NCBI GenBank assembly: GCA_951406725.2 | Contig: OX597818.1 | Span: 118,172,001 to 118,236,000 of the forward strand | Origin: Octopus vulgaris | Taxonomy: Eukaryota | DNA: 64,000 nt | Direction: 5' to 3' | Part shown: positions 26,679 to 41,442 of the stretch, piece by piece | Position numbering within the stretch: position 1 is the first letter of the stretch | Layout of the letters: every line of letters begins with the position of its first letter | The notes under the pieces: model-generated | Seen by the model: the letters and a program-made list of their open reading frames with translations, nothing else | Told to the model about the DNA's origin: nothing | Database searches by the model: none | Translations under genes and position numbers: made by a program

Positions 26679-27342
26679 GGAGTAGAAACTGAACGGAACC
26701 AAGAAGGACACCTATTAAATGGACGGTTAACTTTAACTTCCAGTGGTAAGCGATTTTGTACGCAGTAATTAGGTATCCTAAACAAGCTTCATTTTGCAGT
26801 TAAACGCACTACATCAAACATGACTAAGATAGTTTTTGCAAAGGCATTTCATGTGTTACCCTCTCATTGATCAAGATTTTTTAATGCGCCTTCTCACTTT
26901 TCCATGCGATCTAAAATTGATCTGCTTTCTGTTTGTAATAGGTCCAGAACACTCGTAGTGACAACGTAGTTGACTTATAATTGATATAGTCTGCAAATTA
27001 AAGTGGTGTGTCCTATTTAACCGTGTCTTGAAGTAGACACTACAGCTTCAAGCACTTACAGTTAGAAACCTTTAGTCTCTACTTCATTTCATCACACAAT
27101 AAAACGTGTAGCTTAATATTGACTTTAGATCTATTCTCTGATGCAGAAGCTATTCTTATAACAATTAATAAAAGCAACAGATAATTGGGATTCATGTTTA
27201 ATTACATTTCTTAATTTAGTCTCCCCAACTAGTCACTTCATATAGCACATACATAGTTTTATTGATTGCATCACCCGCCACGCAACTTAACTACTAAGTG
27301 AAGTGTGTGAGAATACTACCTCACTGAAAATATGTAACATTA

Positions 27343-27787
27343 GGCGTAGGATCGACTGAGTGGTAAGTAGCTTCCTTACCAACCACATGGTTCCGGGTTC
27401 AGTCCTACTGCGTGGCACCTTGGGCAAGTGTCTTCTACTCTAGCCTCGGGCCGACAAAAGCCTTGTGAGTGGATTTGGTAGAGGGGAAACTCAAAGAAAA
27501 ACGTCGTATATATGTGCATATATATATATACGTGTATGTGTGTGTGTGTGTGTGCGTGCGTGCATGTGTGTGTGTGCGTGTGTGTCTGTGTTTGTCCCCC
27601 CAACATCGCTTGACAACCGATGCTTGTGTGTTTACGTCGCCGTAATTTAGCGGTTCTGCAAAAGAGACCGATAGAATAAGTACCAGGCTGACTAAGAATA
27701 AGTCCTGGGATCGATTTGCTCGACTAAAGGCGGTGCTCCAGCATGGCCACAGTCAAATGACTGAAACAAATAAAAGTGTAAAAGAGA
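27343..27787 (+). mobile_element. SINE family A, full-length
   Basis: Head, (TG)n core and tail. Confidence 0.9.
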
Positions 27788-28456
27788 GCATTATACATTA
27801 CAAACTAATGCTACATTAACGTCAGTAGTTTTGTATGAATGCCTGTGACACTTTCCGTAAAATATTCATGCATTTCTCAAGAGTTCAGAGATGTAATTGA
27901 ACCTGTCATAATTGGGTATCGAAAGCAAATGTTTGCCACTTTACACTTAATACTTGTCATTCTTAGTTCAAGAAACTTGTTACGCTGTATAGTTCCACAA
28001 GTAGTTTGCAAAATTCCCTGATATGAACACTCTTTTTTTTTTTTCTCATGATGATTTTCTACTTAAGTTTCGTTTGCTAATACTGTTGAATACATCTAGC
28101 TGCTGATAGTTCAACAAACCGGAAATGCTGATGTAACCCGTGGAAGAAAATCTGATTTTCCTCTACAATATGTAGGCGGAGGGTTAAATGACAATTTTAT
28201 CCACATCAAATCATGTTAATTAGAATTTTTAAATCAATTTCCTGTCTGTCAAAGGAATAATACCTTGTTTTACACAGCGCACAGAAAAGTCTAGACCTAA
28301 ACCATTAAATCTGAACGATGAAAACAATAAGACAAATGAGTAATCATTAACAGATGCTCCACGTGGACGCAAACAAATACAAGAACATATATTGCTTAGA
28401 TTGTGATGTTATACGTGTCAATATACGTACATATATATGTGTGTATGTATGTATGT

Positions 28457-28564
<108 letters not shown>

Positions 28565-28686
28565 CCGGAGTAAGCACATAAATGTGAAACAAGGTGGGAA
28601 AAAGAGTACTCAAATACCAGATGCAGAGTAATATGCTTTATATAAAAGCAGCAGAAATATTATATTTCTGCTGCTTTTAAATAAAG
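28565..28686. mobile_element. Minimal inverted derivative of the Penelope-like element at 13227-14946
   Basis: Reverse-complemented tail (CCGGAGTAAGCACATAAATGTG..) plus a hairpin of the terminal ~25 bp; lies in TA-rich microsatellite. Confidence 0.8.
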
Positions 28687-28745
28687 TGTATATATATGTA
28701 TGTGTGTATGTATGTATGTATGTATGTATGTATATATGTTTGAGA

Positions 28746-28960
28746 AGGCACATGGCTTAATGGTTAATGTATTCGGCTTACAATTATGAGGCTGTGAGTT
28801 CGATTCCCGGCGACCCGTTGTGTCTTTCAGTGGGACCCTTTGTTTCGTGTTGCTCAACTCATCTCTCAAAAATGAATTGTTCCTGTAATTCAAAAGAGCC
28901 AGCCTTATCACATTTTGTGTCACGCTGACTCTCCCTGAGAACTACATTAACACGGGGACT
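28746..28960 (+). mobile_element. tRNA-derived SINE related to family D
   Basis: GGCACATGGCTTAATGG..GAGTTCGATTCC..TTGTGTCTTTCAG. Confidence 0.7.
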
Positions 28961-29014
28961 CCCGACCCTCATTTTATGCTCCATCTCACGGCCCCAATAC
29001 GATATCTTAATTTT

Positions 29015-29430
29015 AGGCGTAGGAGGGGCTGTGGTGTAAGTAGCTTGCTTACCAACCACATGATTCAAGGTTCAGTCCCACTGCGTGACCCTGGGTAATT
29101 GACTTCTGCTATAGTCTCGGGGTGACCAAAGCCTTGTGAGTGGATTTGGTAGACGGAAACTGAAAGAAGCCCGTCGTATATATGTATATATATATATATG
29201 TGTGTGTGTTTGTGTGTTTGTTTTAGTGTGTCTGTGCTTGTCCCCCCAACATCGCTTGACAACAGATGCTGGTGTGTTTAAGTCCACGTAACTTAGCGGT
29301 TCAACAAAAAAGAGACAGATAGAATAAGTAATCGGCTTACAAAGAAAAAGTCCTGGGGTCGATTTGCTCGACTAAAGGAGGTGCTCAGGCATGGCCACAG
29401 TCAACTGACTGAAACAAGCAAAAGAGTAAT
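29015..29430 (+). mobile_element. SINE family A, full-length
   Basis: Head to tail recognisable. Confidence 0.88.
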
Positions 29431-29434
29431 ATAG

Positions 29435-29612
29435 TGTGTATGTATGTATGTATGTATGTATGTATGTATGTATGAATGTACGTATGTATGTATGTATGTA
29501 TGTATGTATGTATGTATGAATGTATGTATGTATGTAAGTATGTATGTATGTATGTATGTATATATGTATGTATGTATGTATGTATGCATCTGCGTGTCTG
29601 TGTATGTATGTA
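29435..29612. repeat. (TATG)n microsatellite
   Basis: Visible tetranucleotide array. Many other (TA)n, (TG)n, (AG)n and (ATAG)n arrays occur across the window and generate most of the listed ORFs. Confidence 0.95.
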
Positions 29613-29919
29613 TCACACCGTGTGTATATGTGTGTATGCGTACGAGGGATCTGGTACCTGTGCAAATATGTACCTATGTGTGTATGAAGTGTGTATTTAT
29701 AGATATTGATTTGGCTGAATCCCTTGACCATAAATGTTATGTTTATTCATATTAAATATACATGCACTTATTTGTGTGTATGTGTGTGTATACATTTATG
29801 TGCTCGCATATGAACGTATAAATATACTGTGTATATGTATATATATATATATACATAAATATATATAAATTTATATACATATATTTTGTTATATATATTT
29901 ATATATATTTATATATGTA

Positions 29920-29969
<50 letters not shown>

Positions 29970-29972
<3 letters not shown>

Positions 29973-30240
29973 GCTGTGTGGTAAGTAGCTTGCTAACCAA
30001 CCACACGGTTGCGGGTTCAGTCCCACTGCGTGGCATCTTGGGCAAGTGTCTTCTGCTATAGCCCCGGGCCGACCAATGCCTTGTGAGTGGATTTGGTAGA
30101 CGGAAACTGAAAGAAGCCCGTCGTATATATGTATATATATGTATATATGTGTGTGTTTGTGTGTCTGTGTTTGTCCCCCTAGCATTGCTTTACAACCGAT
30201 GCTGGTGTGTTTACGTCCCCGTCACTTAGCGGTTCGGCAA

Positions 30241-30248
<8 letters not shown>
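29970..30248 (+). mobile_element. SINE family A, truncated at both ends by (TA)n
   Basis: GTGGCTGTGTGGTAAG ... GGCAAAAAGAGAC. Confidence 0.88.
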
Positions 30249-30318
<70 letters not shown>

Positions 30319-33300
30319 TATATATATTTTCAGGAACGCACGTTCACACACACTCATAACGCACACATACATGTATATGTACACACACCACTTACAAACA
30401 TATACATAATTATGTTCTTGTGAGTGCCTGTCTATGTATATATGTCGATAACTTTTGAATATAACTATGACTGTGTCATCTGTAAATATTGTGCGATAAC
30501 TTTCCTTACCTTTTGTTATTCAGGCTTTTTAACTCAATGCTCGCTAATTGAGAATCTTACCAGGAGTAATTCCGGCTTCTATTAGAAGCTATTTATTTGA
30601 ACTAATATTTAATTCGTCTCTCATTGATTCTTTAAATGTAATATTCTATTTAATATATTTCGTCAACCATTTAGCAGCGGTAATAGGAACTTTTCTACTG
30701 ATATCAACTATAGAAAAAAATTATTCTTAATTGAACAGGGAATTTCCGATGAACTCATTTAATCTGTATCGCGGCTGTGCGTCACGTGATAAATACAGGA
30801 CAGGTTTCGATATATTTATGTCTCTAAAATGCTTCAATTTTTGGTATGAGTGAAAGAAATACTTTTAACAAGTATTATTTATTTGGATTAGAACTAACTG
30901 AAGTTATTGGCCCAGCAGCTATAATCTATCTTGCGACAAAGTTATGCTCATCTGGATGCGTAACACATAAGTTTATATGGGAAAATATTTCTTTGTAACA
31001 TACGCCAGGACAAATGGTCCTAAATAGATTAAATATCAATCGACGGGATACAATTTTATATATCGTACGTCTTAGGAATTTATCAACGCCCACATCCTTG
31101 TGGTAAAATATATGGGCGGCTTTGTTTTTTATGCACTTAAATTATAGAAGTATTGAAATACTAAACAACTGTAGTCGGAGGCCGTTTTCATGGAGTTTCT
31201 TCTCTTGTTCTACTAACAGAAGATTTAGGGAATGTCTATTTGGTAATGTACTTATGGCAAAACTTCGTAGAAACGCTTTTCCAACAATTCTTCTAAATAC
31301 GTTTGGTTAAAGTGCTCATATTATTTATACTGAACGGGTGAAAGCAATGTTATTGTGGAAGGATTTTAAAGTATATTTATTTCTCTGGTTTTAAAATATT
31401 AAAAAAAAAATAATTGTTTATTTATCTCTCGCATTTAAATAGATATAGCTACTTTGCATAGTGTGAATGAATATATGTTCCGATATTTGACCGATTACAT
31501 AGAATATCTATCGGAATATATTCAGGATTTTTCTCCACCAACTCGACTAATTAGATGAAAGAAAAGCATATACATCTCAGAGCCCATAAACAAGCTAAAA
31601 CACATGTTTCAACGAGAAGAGTGCGTGGCTGATATAACTATTTCTACTTTACCATAAATGTATGTATTATTCTTGTTCTGCATTTAAACAGCTTTCTTTG
31701 AGCCGGTGTCTTAATAAGATTGATCTATAAATGTTTATTAATGGCAACATCGTAACTGATTTTATATAGAAGTGAAATAGGAATGAGATTTTGATTGTAA
31801 AACATAAATAGAATAAATATAAAATTCGTTTAGTTTGTGGTTCCGTTCTTTCACTCACCATCACAATTTTAACGCTGCAATTTTTTTTCTGCGGCTTGGA
31901 TAATAATTAGCTTCATATTTTTGCAAATGTGACCGACATCGCAATATATACAGACTAGCGTCAGAATAATGAGTGGAGTTATATGATGTCGAGAAGTGAT
32001 TGAGGTAGCAACTTTGCACAAATTTCTGATGAGTTCCTATCTAACTCGGTGTTTTTCAGTATGTTCGTAACTGCAATAATAACGCGACGGCATATTTTTA
32101 CTGCAACAACTGGAAGAATTAATATTTCTAATCTAGTGAGAACACGAGAATTCATTAAAGATTCCTAAAGAAATATATGAGACTGAAAGAATTGCCTACG
32201 CGAAATTTTTCATGTAGCGTAACTGAATGATGGGAAATATAGAAAAGTATTTAACTGACAAAATAAACCCAACTAAAAGTAGACAACAAAAACGGATATT
32301 TGAATAAATGAATAAATAGCACGCGTTTACGGAATAAATTAAACTGAAGATACATTTCAAAAATAAAACCAAAGAAAGTTAATATATTCCAAAGTCCAAT
32401 GAGCTGTCAACTGAAATTATTATTGAAGAGGCTAAGAACTGGAATGAAGAGCTATTATACTGTAGCAATATGGATCTGAGACGTCTGATAGAAAAACTTT
32501 ACGCTACGTAATAATGGAACTGCCCAGTCAAGAAATATAGATTACATTTCTGAAACATAAATATAGAAAAAATAATATATACAAGCTGAAATTTAAAGAT
32601 ATCCGATGGGAAATACCCTATTACATACATGAGACAGAGAGACATCTCATGTCAGTGAATTATGAAGTTTTAGCATGTCTTGCCAAATTTCGTTGTCTAT
32701 AAAACTTTCGAGGAAATAAAAGACGATTCAAAATTAAAATAATAGTAAACTGAATAAAAATCGAGTTGTAATTAACAACGGCAAATTGTGCATTGGGTAA
32801 AGATTTCAAAGTTAATGATTGCTTTATAGTGTGTTGGATATCTTCTAAATATCAGCCAGGATGCCTAATTTTGTTAAAGGATTACAATTCGAGTGTGTTT
32901 CTTTTCCATATATATCCTAAAGAATATATCAGCAACCGATTTCGTTCGTATGTAGTGTAAGACAGTTATGTGTCTGTGTTGCATTCACGGGCGCATTATT
33001 CGAAAGCTTATCACGATTTGGGCAACTTTAAGACACTCAGAGCAAGAAATTACCTCACCAAAGGATCTTACTCAAACTTAATGTTAATTCCCTTTCGCCT
33101 AACAGCTGCTAGGACCTATTTCCAGCTTAGAGGAAGACAGCGACACAAAATGAAGCATGCTATCAAAGTCTGCCGCAAGGCCCGGATATCTGTACAATTC
33201 CCGTTGGCAACATTTTAAGAGAAGCATTTGTTATTGCTATTTGTCAGTTTAACTGATCTAGATTTTGAAATACTTTGTATAGAAACCTGTACAGACATAT

Positions 33301-33357
33301 ATGTGTGTCTATAAAGAAAGAGTGAGAAGGAGAGGTAGACAGACAGAGAGGAGTAAA

Positions 33358-33405
<48 letters not shown>

Positions 33406-34852
33406 CTATATGTATACACAACTATACACGCACTATCACACAGATACGCATGTGTGTGTAAGTGTTACTGCATAGAGCACACTGAATAAACATCACACAT
33501 ATTGACGGTTAATATGTAACCAAGATGTTGTAACATAACGTTTTATATTAGAGTGTATTAGAATACAAACTTGGGAAAGTTAGGTGTATCTGGGGACACT
33601 ATATTTATTTCTCCAGATGATAGCTTGTAAATTAAGTACAAGAAATATTACAGTGTTTGTATAAAGGATCTGTGATCTTATTGGACAGGAATCAGGGTAA
33701 GTCACCACGTCATGAAAAATAACAGACATGAAAAGAGCAACACTATTATATTTACATTAAAAATAAACAAAAATATCGCAAATTCTTTTGCTGCTGGAAA
33801 TATACTATGAATCGAAATTCATATTGCATATATAATTCGATGTTTAATATATCATCAATAATAACCATGCGTTCGGTTGTGCTACATACAGTGGTCCTAC
33901 ATATGTCATTCACTCATTCAAAGAAGACGTGTTACTTAACAGGTATTTTTTTCATAGCATAGTAATAAGAGGATTTGTAACACTACTGAATGCTATAACT
34001 ATTTCTGTCAATAAATGTGAGAAGCAAATATGTAATCAGTCCGGTGTCCATTCTTGCATCAATATCGCATTTCTTAACTGAAGCGATGCTTTGATGTGAT
34101 AACAAATGCGGAATATTAATGTAAAGGTTTCTGTCGGACTAACACTCAGTTTGAGGATACTTTCTCTGGTTGGCAACACTGTGTTCAAACCAGTGAGCAC
34201 GCAAAACTGCAGTGAACTTTTAAAGCACACAGCTCTACCTATGTTTAGAGAACCATCGCCAGAGTGAATAAGACATAGAAAGTAGAATACAATTTGAACT
34301 ACGAAACTGTAAGGAAGAGTATTCTATAGAATAATGTCACTAGACACCAATTCTTTTTTTTTAAATCTGTGCATTAAATTGTTTCATTCAATATATTAAA
34401 CTAGTCTTTATTTAATATTCTATCCTAGTATTTGTATGACACCTTGTCTGTCAAGCAGAAGAAGATTCTTTTGGAACCGATGTTACTATTTGAACTCAAG
34501 ATACAAATGTTACAGCTAAATGCTGCTCATGACTTCATCTGTGGACCTAATTATATTCACACTCCCCAAGTCAGATTTGTATACTAGTGTCTTATAGATA
34601 CGCAATGCTTCATATATTTTGTGAACGATAAAATGACCAAATCTTGGGCATCATGCCTTGTGTAATTTCGCCGACGCAGTGCAAAATGATAAAATGCAAA
34701 CTTTACTTTGTATGGGTTCCAACTCAAGATCTTAAAGGAATCATTAGGAGATATTTGGCCCAAACCCTTCACAATCTGCTTAAAACAAATGATTTATTAT
34801 TAATTTTCAAATAATTCATTATTAATTTTCAAATCAATATTTGAATAAACTA

Positions 34853-35330
34853 AAAGATGGCGAACTGGTAGAATCATTAGCGCGCCGAGCAAATTGCTCT
34901 GTGGCGATTCGTTCGCGTTTACGTTCTGAGCTGAAATTCCACCGGAGTCAACTTCGCATTTCGTCCTTTGTCGGTCGATCAAATAAATACCAGTTGAGTC
35001 CTGGAGCGGATGTAATCGACTTACTGCCTCTCCCCCGAACTTGTTGGCTTTGTGCCAAAATCTGAAATCAATATTTTTCGGTTCCTTAAATAAAAATGAA
35101 ATATTGTGTTTAATAGGACCACCTTATCCTAAGGCGGCGAACTGGAGGAAACGTTGAAAAACTGGCAATATGCTTAGCATCAGTTCTTTCGAGTTTACAC
35201 TGTAACGTCAAATTCCGTCTAGCTGGGTTTGCCTTTCATCATTTCTACGTCAATAAAATAGGTAAAATTAAAGGATTGGGTCTGATAACAATAAAATTCC
35301 CAGTTTTGTTCTAAAATTCCAGGCCATTAT
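34853..35330 (+). mobile_element. Two diverged SINE family B copies (single-unit form)
   Basis: Heads AAGATGGCGAACTGG (34853) and AAGGCGGCGAACTGG (35131). Confidence 0.7.
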
Positions 35331-35589
35331 ATTTTCGGTTATTTCAATACGACAGTACAATGAAATCTAAAATGCAACTTTGTGAAAACACAAATAAAAT
35401 ATGAGCGCGATGGAGTAGAGTGGGGGTTGTGGTGGGTGTTTTGTGCGTTTGTATGCATGTTTAATCGGATAGTTAATATCTGTGGTTAGCTGTCAAAAGT
35501 TTCTAGGCTTTACGAAGTGTCTGACTTTCTGTTAAATTTCTATGGCCATTTTGGTTTTTCTTACATGAATATAGTATGACATTGACAAT

Positions 35590-36371
35590 GGCTGTGCGAA
35601 AGATAAATCATAGAACCAAAGAATATTACTGCAAATAATTCAAATGAAGGATTCGAGAAAATTTTCCCAGGTAATTAATATACTTACAAATCTATAAACT
35701 CTGTTATTGATGACTCGGGAATTGTCAATTAGCAGGTTAAGTTCTTAAACTCCGTGTAATCACAAGGAGCTCTTGATCATTCCTTTCGATTGAAGATAGG
35801 CGCTCCAATCATAACCTTGTAGAAGGTTTATAAAAAAAAACTTTACAATGACAGAAGACTTATGAAGAAATTAACGAGAATTGTCATAGAGGCCACAATA
35901 ATTTCTGTCTGTGGAAAAGGCGACGATGTTTTTATTCCTCACTTACCTTTGATAACTTCGAATATGCCCTTCAAATTCAAACTACTTCAATTTCCAATGC
36001 GTCTGTCTTTTGCCAATAGTATTAATAAGACCCAACTCCAGACTCTGAAAATTGCTGCTTTGCAAATAGAGAAGGACTGTCAGTTATATGTTGGGGCTCC
36101 CTTGTGTGTGTGTGTGTGTGTGTGAACGTGTGCGCGTGCATATATATATATAATGATGATGATGATGATGATAAAATATACATTTTGATATTGGCCAGAA
36201 AAAAACAGCTCTTTCGTCCACATGAAAGTTGACAGTCATTTCTGATATGTTTGCCACATGCATACAGCCCCTTCTTATTTATGTTCAATACCGTCTAAGT
36301 GAATAACTTACAGTATTCATAGTATAATTTTGGTAGCTTTTTTGAATAGCGTCGACGATGAGTATTTCTAG
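35590..36371 (+). pseudogene. Decayed Helitron PIF1-like helicase C-terminal fragment
   Basis: FLNS..H..LKIGAPI, VIEATII..GKGDDVFIP.LPLI..MPFKFKLLQFPMRLSFA.SINKTQ.QTL; stops and frameshifts; CTAG near 36368. Confidence 0.8.
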
Positions 36372-36828
36372 TAGGTGCACGTGTGTGGGGGCTGTGTGCA
36401 TGTGTTGTATATTTGCATCATCGTAATAGAATAATTACCAGGCCTAAAGATACAATACCTCGATTCATCCGACTAAACTTTCTTCAGTATGGTGCCACAG
36501 CATGGCTGCAAATCGAGTAACAAAAACAAGGAGAAGATATTTATAACTGATTTTTATTTAGTCAGACAGCTTTACGCAATATCAGTGAATGTTTTCTACC
36601 CTGATTTTCTATATAGTTGAAATTATGAAGCTGCCTATAACTACACACCATTGAGACAGCCCACCGGGGCTGAAATGCGTCTGGCTTCCTCGCTAACAAG
36701 ATGCTGGTGTTTCTTTCATCTCCATCTGGTATATACATTATCGCACCAAATTTTCTATTGAAAGATGTATTTGATTAAGTATGATACATTAATGTGGCGC
36801 TTTCTGTTTCTCTCTCTCTCTCTCTCTG

Positions 36829-36860
<32 letters not shown>

Positions 36861-37225
36861 TATAAAGGTTAAAGGTATTATTGTATCATGATATTGACCA
36901 GATTATTGGATATTGTAATTCATTGATATTCATAATGTGTATGCATTGATTTACATTTTGAATGATACCACCGCACTGATCTGAAATCTAGTCTGTCAGA
37001 GGGTTACATATCTTTTCGTGAATGGACTGGAGCAACGTGAAATAAAGTGTTTTGCTCAAGAACAAATCGACCAGTTGTCTTCAGAATCGAAACCACGATG
37101 TTAGGATCGTGATGGCAGCATCCCTAAACACAAGTATACGCGTCTTCACATATAAATGTCTGTGTGTGCGTGTGTTGTGTATGTGTGTGTGTGTGTGTGT
37201 GTGAGACAGAAAGAGAGAGAGAGAA

Positions 37226-37269
<44 letters not shown>

Positions 37270-37284
37270 CAAGAGAAACATGCC

Positions 37285-37893
37285 TAGAAAAAGTCAAACA
37301 CCCAGCTGGCTTAACTGATGAGGCAAGGGAGAAAGCCGAAACTGAGATCATTCATAAGAATTATCGGTCGCTATTTTTGAACATATATGGTGCCTGTTAT
37401 TGTATATGAAGTAGTGAATTTTAGCCTTTATTTCTAGCAATGTAGGAGCTCCTTAACACTCTAGTCGCATTCAGTCACAAATATAATTCTGGTCTTTCGT
37501 GAAACATTGCAGCCTGCAGTTTATATTGATTTTTGGGATACAAATAAAAGAATTGCAAAATCATCCCTTAATTTGAATGACGAAATCATATATTCTAATA
37601 GAGAAATAAGTCCGGGATAAAAAACGGACAATGAGCTGGCTTAACTGATGAGGCAACGGAAACATTCGAAACTGACGTCAGTCTTAAGAACTCTCCGCCA
37701 GAATATTTCAAACAATTGCAGTCACTATTAATGCATATGTTTTCGTTCCTGTACGTTAACTACAATTTAGAGCATTTTAGCTTTTATTTCTAGCAATGTA
37801 GATGTTTTTTTAAAGCCTAGTCACATTTAGAGACAACAATTATATTTCTCCTTCTTGATGAAACATTACAACCTGCTGTTAATATTAATTTTG
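37285..37893 (+). mobile_element. Diverged tandem dimer of a ~330-360 bp hammerhead-containing repeat (non-LTR retrozyme-like)
   Basis: Shared blocks AGCTGGCTTAACTGATGAGGCAA (37304/37634), TTTATTTCTAGCAATGTAG and GAAACATT.CA.CCTGC.GTT; no ORF. Confidence 0.7.
37640..37688 (+). ncRNA. Type I hammerhead with palindromic stem III
   Basis: CTTAA-CTGATGA-GGC..TTC-GAAA-CTGACGTCAG-TC-TTAAG. The sister copy at 37310-37358 has a perfect stem II (GGC/GCC) but a mutated stem III. Confidence 0.75.
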
Positions 37894-37917
37894 TATATAT
37901 ATATATATATATATATA

Positions 37918-38303
37918 CTAGCAGCTTAGCCCGGTTTCACCCGCTCTGTTTGGATGATGTGGCTGTGATCGTTTTCCCTTAGCCATAATCTATAACAGCG
38001 TTTCTCAACCTTATCATTTCGGATTTCCTGTTTCGATTGGAGCCTCCAGTTGTATGAAAATTTCCTGACACCATCCCGTCAGAAAACAGCTTCTAAGCAA
38101 CTGATTGTTTTAATGGCAGAAGAAAGATGGGAATTCCATGAGAACAGTTTTAATCGATTTTCTCGGTAAGTACGGGGGCTAGGAAAACACTACAAACCAC
38201 ATTCCAATCTATGCATCCGTCTCCACATGTGTGCCATTTTTGGCTGTGAACCTCAAGACAAGAAAGAATACAACGATCGCCCATGTCCAATTTATATTAT
38301 AGA
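37918..38303 (-). mobile_element. Non-autonomous Helitron
   Basis: On the minus strand: 5' TCTATAATATAAA, subterminal GC-rich hairpin and 3' CTAG, inserted between A and T. Confidence 0.7.
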
Positions 38304-38627
38304 TATATGTTGTGGAAGAATGTGTTTGATTAATTGTCTAAATACGTCAAGAAATATCATACGTTGTTGTTTGTACGTTTTCGGTATCTGACAGTTCGTC
38401 CTCTTCATTCTGTGGGCGTATGAGTAAGAGTGAAAGTTCAGTTAATCAAACGACTTGAATACTAAATGCGGATTTCTTCATCGTATCAAAACACAAACAC
38501 GCTAATCTATCATAACAAACGTTTTCTTAATTTTCTTATTTGTTCACCTATGTTCTGATGCTGTCCTACTTAATTATTTGTTACTTGTTGTCGTGCTGAG
38601 TAGGCAGCAAATTTACACAAGGTATTC

Positions 38628-38718
<91 letters not shown>

Positions 38719-38960
38719 CATAGCTAGATAGATATATAGAGAGATAGATGGTTAGATGGATGCATTGAGAAATATCAGACAGATAACAATAGCCAAAATG
38801 GGTAGTTCAAGATTTGAAAAAAATAAAAATAAATGCCAAAAGTGTCAAAAATGTATGAGGTGTGTACGATGGAGTATACTGTTTACAAACACGCGTTGAA
38901 TAAGCATTGAAAACACTTTAAAACCCACACACCTGAATATATATATATATATATATACAT

Positions 38961-39039
<79 letters not shown>

Positions 39040-40027
39040 CATATATATACATGTATGTATATGCATATATGTAGGTAAGCATACCTTTAGAAATCGACAA
39101 ACAAGTTCAGTAATCAGTGCTTAATTTTGCATCAGATGAGAATAAACAGATGTCAGTGACTTGCATAGTGGGCTATGATGAAAGGTATTTTGAAACTCAA
39201 TCTATTATGTCAGGAAAATGAAACTATGGCGTGATGACTGGCATTCGTTACGAGAATCATATTGTGTGTATTACTTCACAGCCAGCCTTCTACAATGGTA
39301 TCCAGAACAGTCAATCAATTATACAGCCTCTCGTTTTCAAATAACGAAGAAAATTGAAGACAGAGTTTTACTGTTCGTACTCGTCGATATACGTTGCTTA
39401 TCTCGCGTAGCATGAAAATTGACTTTTAATTAGACCATTTCGTTGCAGATAATTAAATTTCTGATTGATTATACTTATTACCAATGACATATCAATATAT
39501 GATCATGCCGTATTCTAGTATATAAAACTGATATTGTAGAATGATATCTTCGTATATTATCAATCAGAGTTATCAAATGCGTTGGACGAAAAAAGATGAA
39601 TGTTTAAGGTGATGGCTTTGAAACAACGTTTTTTTCGGTGTTACTCCTATTCTACGACAAATAGTGTGTCTTCTAATGATGCCCACAGCTGACGAAGATA
39701 TTATGAGGGAATTAGGTTGAGGGAAACTGTGTGGAATCCGTTGTGGTTATGTGTGTATATGTGCGTGTCTTTGTATTTCTGAACCCGACGTTAGACAATC
39801 GGTCTGATGCGGCTTCGTTTACATCTATTTCTATTAACAGTTCGGCCAAAAGAGGAGACAATTCGTACCAGGCATGATATAAACACCGTGTTGCATTTCA
39901 GCGAGTAATATCTTTCAGTCAGTGCTCGAAATTGACCTTACATCATGTGACTAAAACGACTACGAAGAATTCTTGGTTAATCCAAGGTTGTATACGAAAC
40001 AGCTGATTTGAATTTTATTTCACCATA

Positions 40028-40455
40028 GGCGTAGTAGTGGCTGTGTGGTAGTGGCTTGCTTACGAACAACACGGTTCCAGGTTCAGTCCCACTGCGCGGC
40101 ACCTTGGGCAAGTGTCTTCTACTATAGCCTCAGGTCGACCAAAGCCTTGTGAGTGGATTTGGTAGACGGAAACTGAAAGAAGCCCATTGTATATATGTAT
40201 ATGTATACATGTATACGTATGTGTGTTTGTGTGTTTGTGTGTCTGTGTTAGTGTATCTGTGTTTGACCCCCCCCCCCAACATCGCTTCGCAACCGATGCT
40301 GGTGTGTTTACGTCCCCGTAACTTAGTGGTTCGACAAAAGAGACCGATAGAATAAGTAGTAAGCTTACAAGGAATACGTCCTGGGGTCAATTTGCTCGAC
40401 TAAAAGCGGTGCTTCAGCATGACCACAATCAAATGACTGAAACAAGTAAAAGAGT
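40028..40455 (+). mobile_element. SINE family A, full-length
   Basis: Head to tail recognisable; an older degenerate copy lies at ~39660-39960. Confidence 0.9.
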
Positions 40456-41104
40456 ATTCTCTAGATAGTTGTCTTACGCATAATGCCAAGCTGTATTAAC
40501 TTTCATAAACATAGTTTTCTATTAGATAATATTAATTTTCAGACATCTGCTTCGAGAATTCCATTATGGAAAACATATTCATTATTTTGATTTATCAGGT
40601 TATTGTCTCTTACGACATATCTCTAGTCAAGTAAAAATATAACAACAATTTAAATTATATCTTCTGAAAGCAATGTTATTCTTACAAAAATATATTCTAG
40701 ATTCCTCATTTCGAATTCCAGTCACATTTACTCCATGTTCTCTACTTTCGTACATTTGCAAGATTCTACTTATAAAAATATAAGGAAATAATCTTGCTCA
40801 AGAAAAAATAACAAATTCACTTTGAAAAATTACTTTAGAGAGGTGTTCAGAGGTGGCTTGGTGGCATTGGCTAATATAATCTAAAGAAGCAGAATTTAAA
40901 TATCTCTGACATATTTTCTGTGTATTTCATAATTTTCCTATACAAATTCTTATTAGAATATCATAGGAAATAAAACCATTGTCACGTGATTTGTCTGATT
41001 ATTCTGAACAGGAATTAAACGAAAACGGTAAGTACACCGAAGCTGAAAATATATAATCAGAATAATGAACAAAAATGGAAATTGAGAAAGCTTCTAACAA
41101 TTAC

Positions 41105-41340
41105 TCATTACTCTTTTAATTGTTTCAGTCACTTGACTGCGGCCATGCTGGAGCACCGACTTTACTCGAGCAGATAGACCGCAGGACTCATTCTTCGTAA
41201 GCCTAGTACTTATTCTATCGGTCTCTTTGGCCGAACCGCTACATTATGGGCACGCAAACACACCAGCATCGGTTGTCAAGCGATGTTGGGGAGACAAACA
41301 CAAACACACAAATATATACACACACGTACACACACACACA
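41105..41340 (-). mobile_element. SINE family A, 3' half
   Basis: Tail and 3' body on the minus strand, ending in the microsatellite that hosts two Helitrons. Confidence 0.85.
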
Positions 41341-41341
41341 C

Positions 41342-41390
<49 letters not shown>

Positions 41391-41395
41391 CAAAC

Positions 41396-41427
<32 letters not shown>

Positions 41428-41442
41428 ATATATATACATATA

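Noticed and set aside
32025-32060. CTGATGA followed by a hairpin
   Set aside because: No GAAA or NUH in register.
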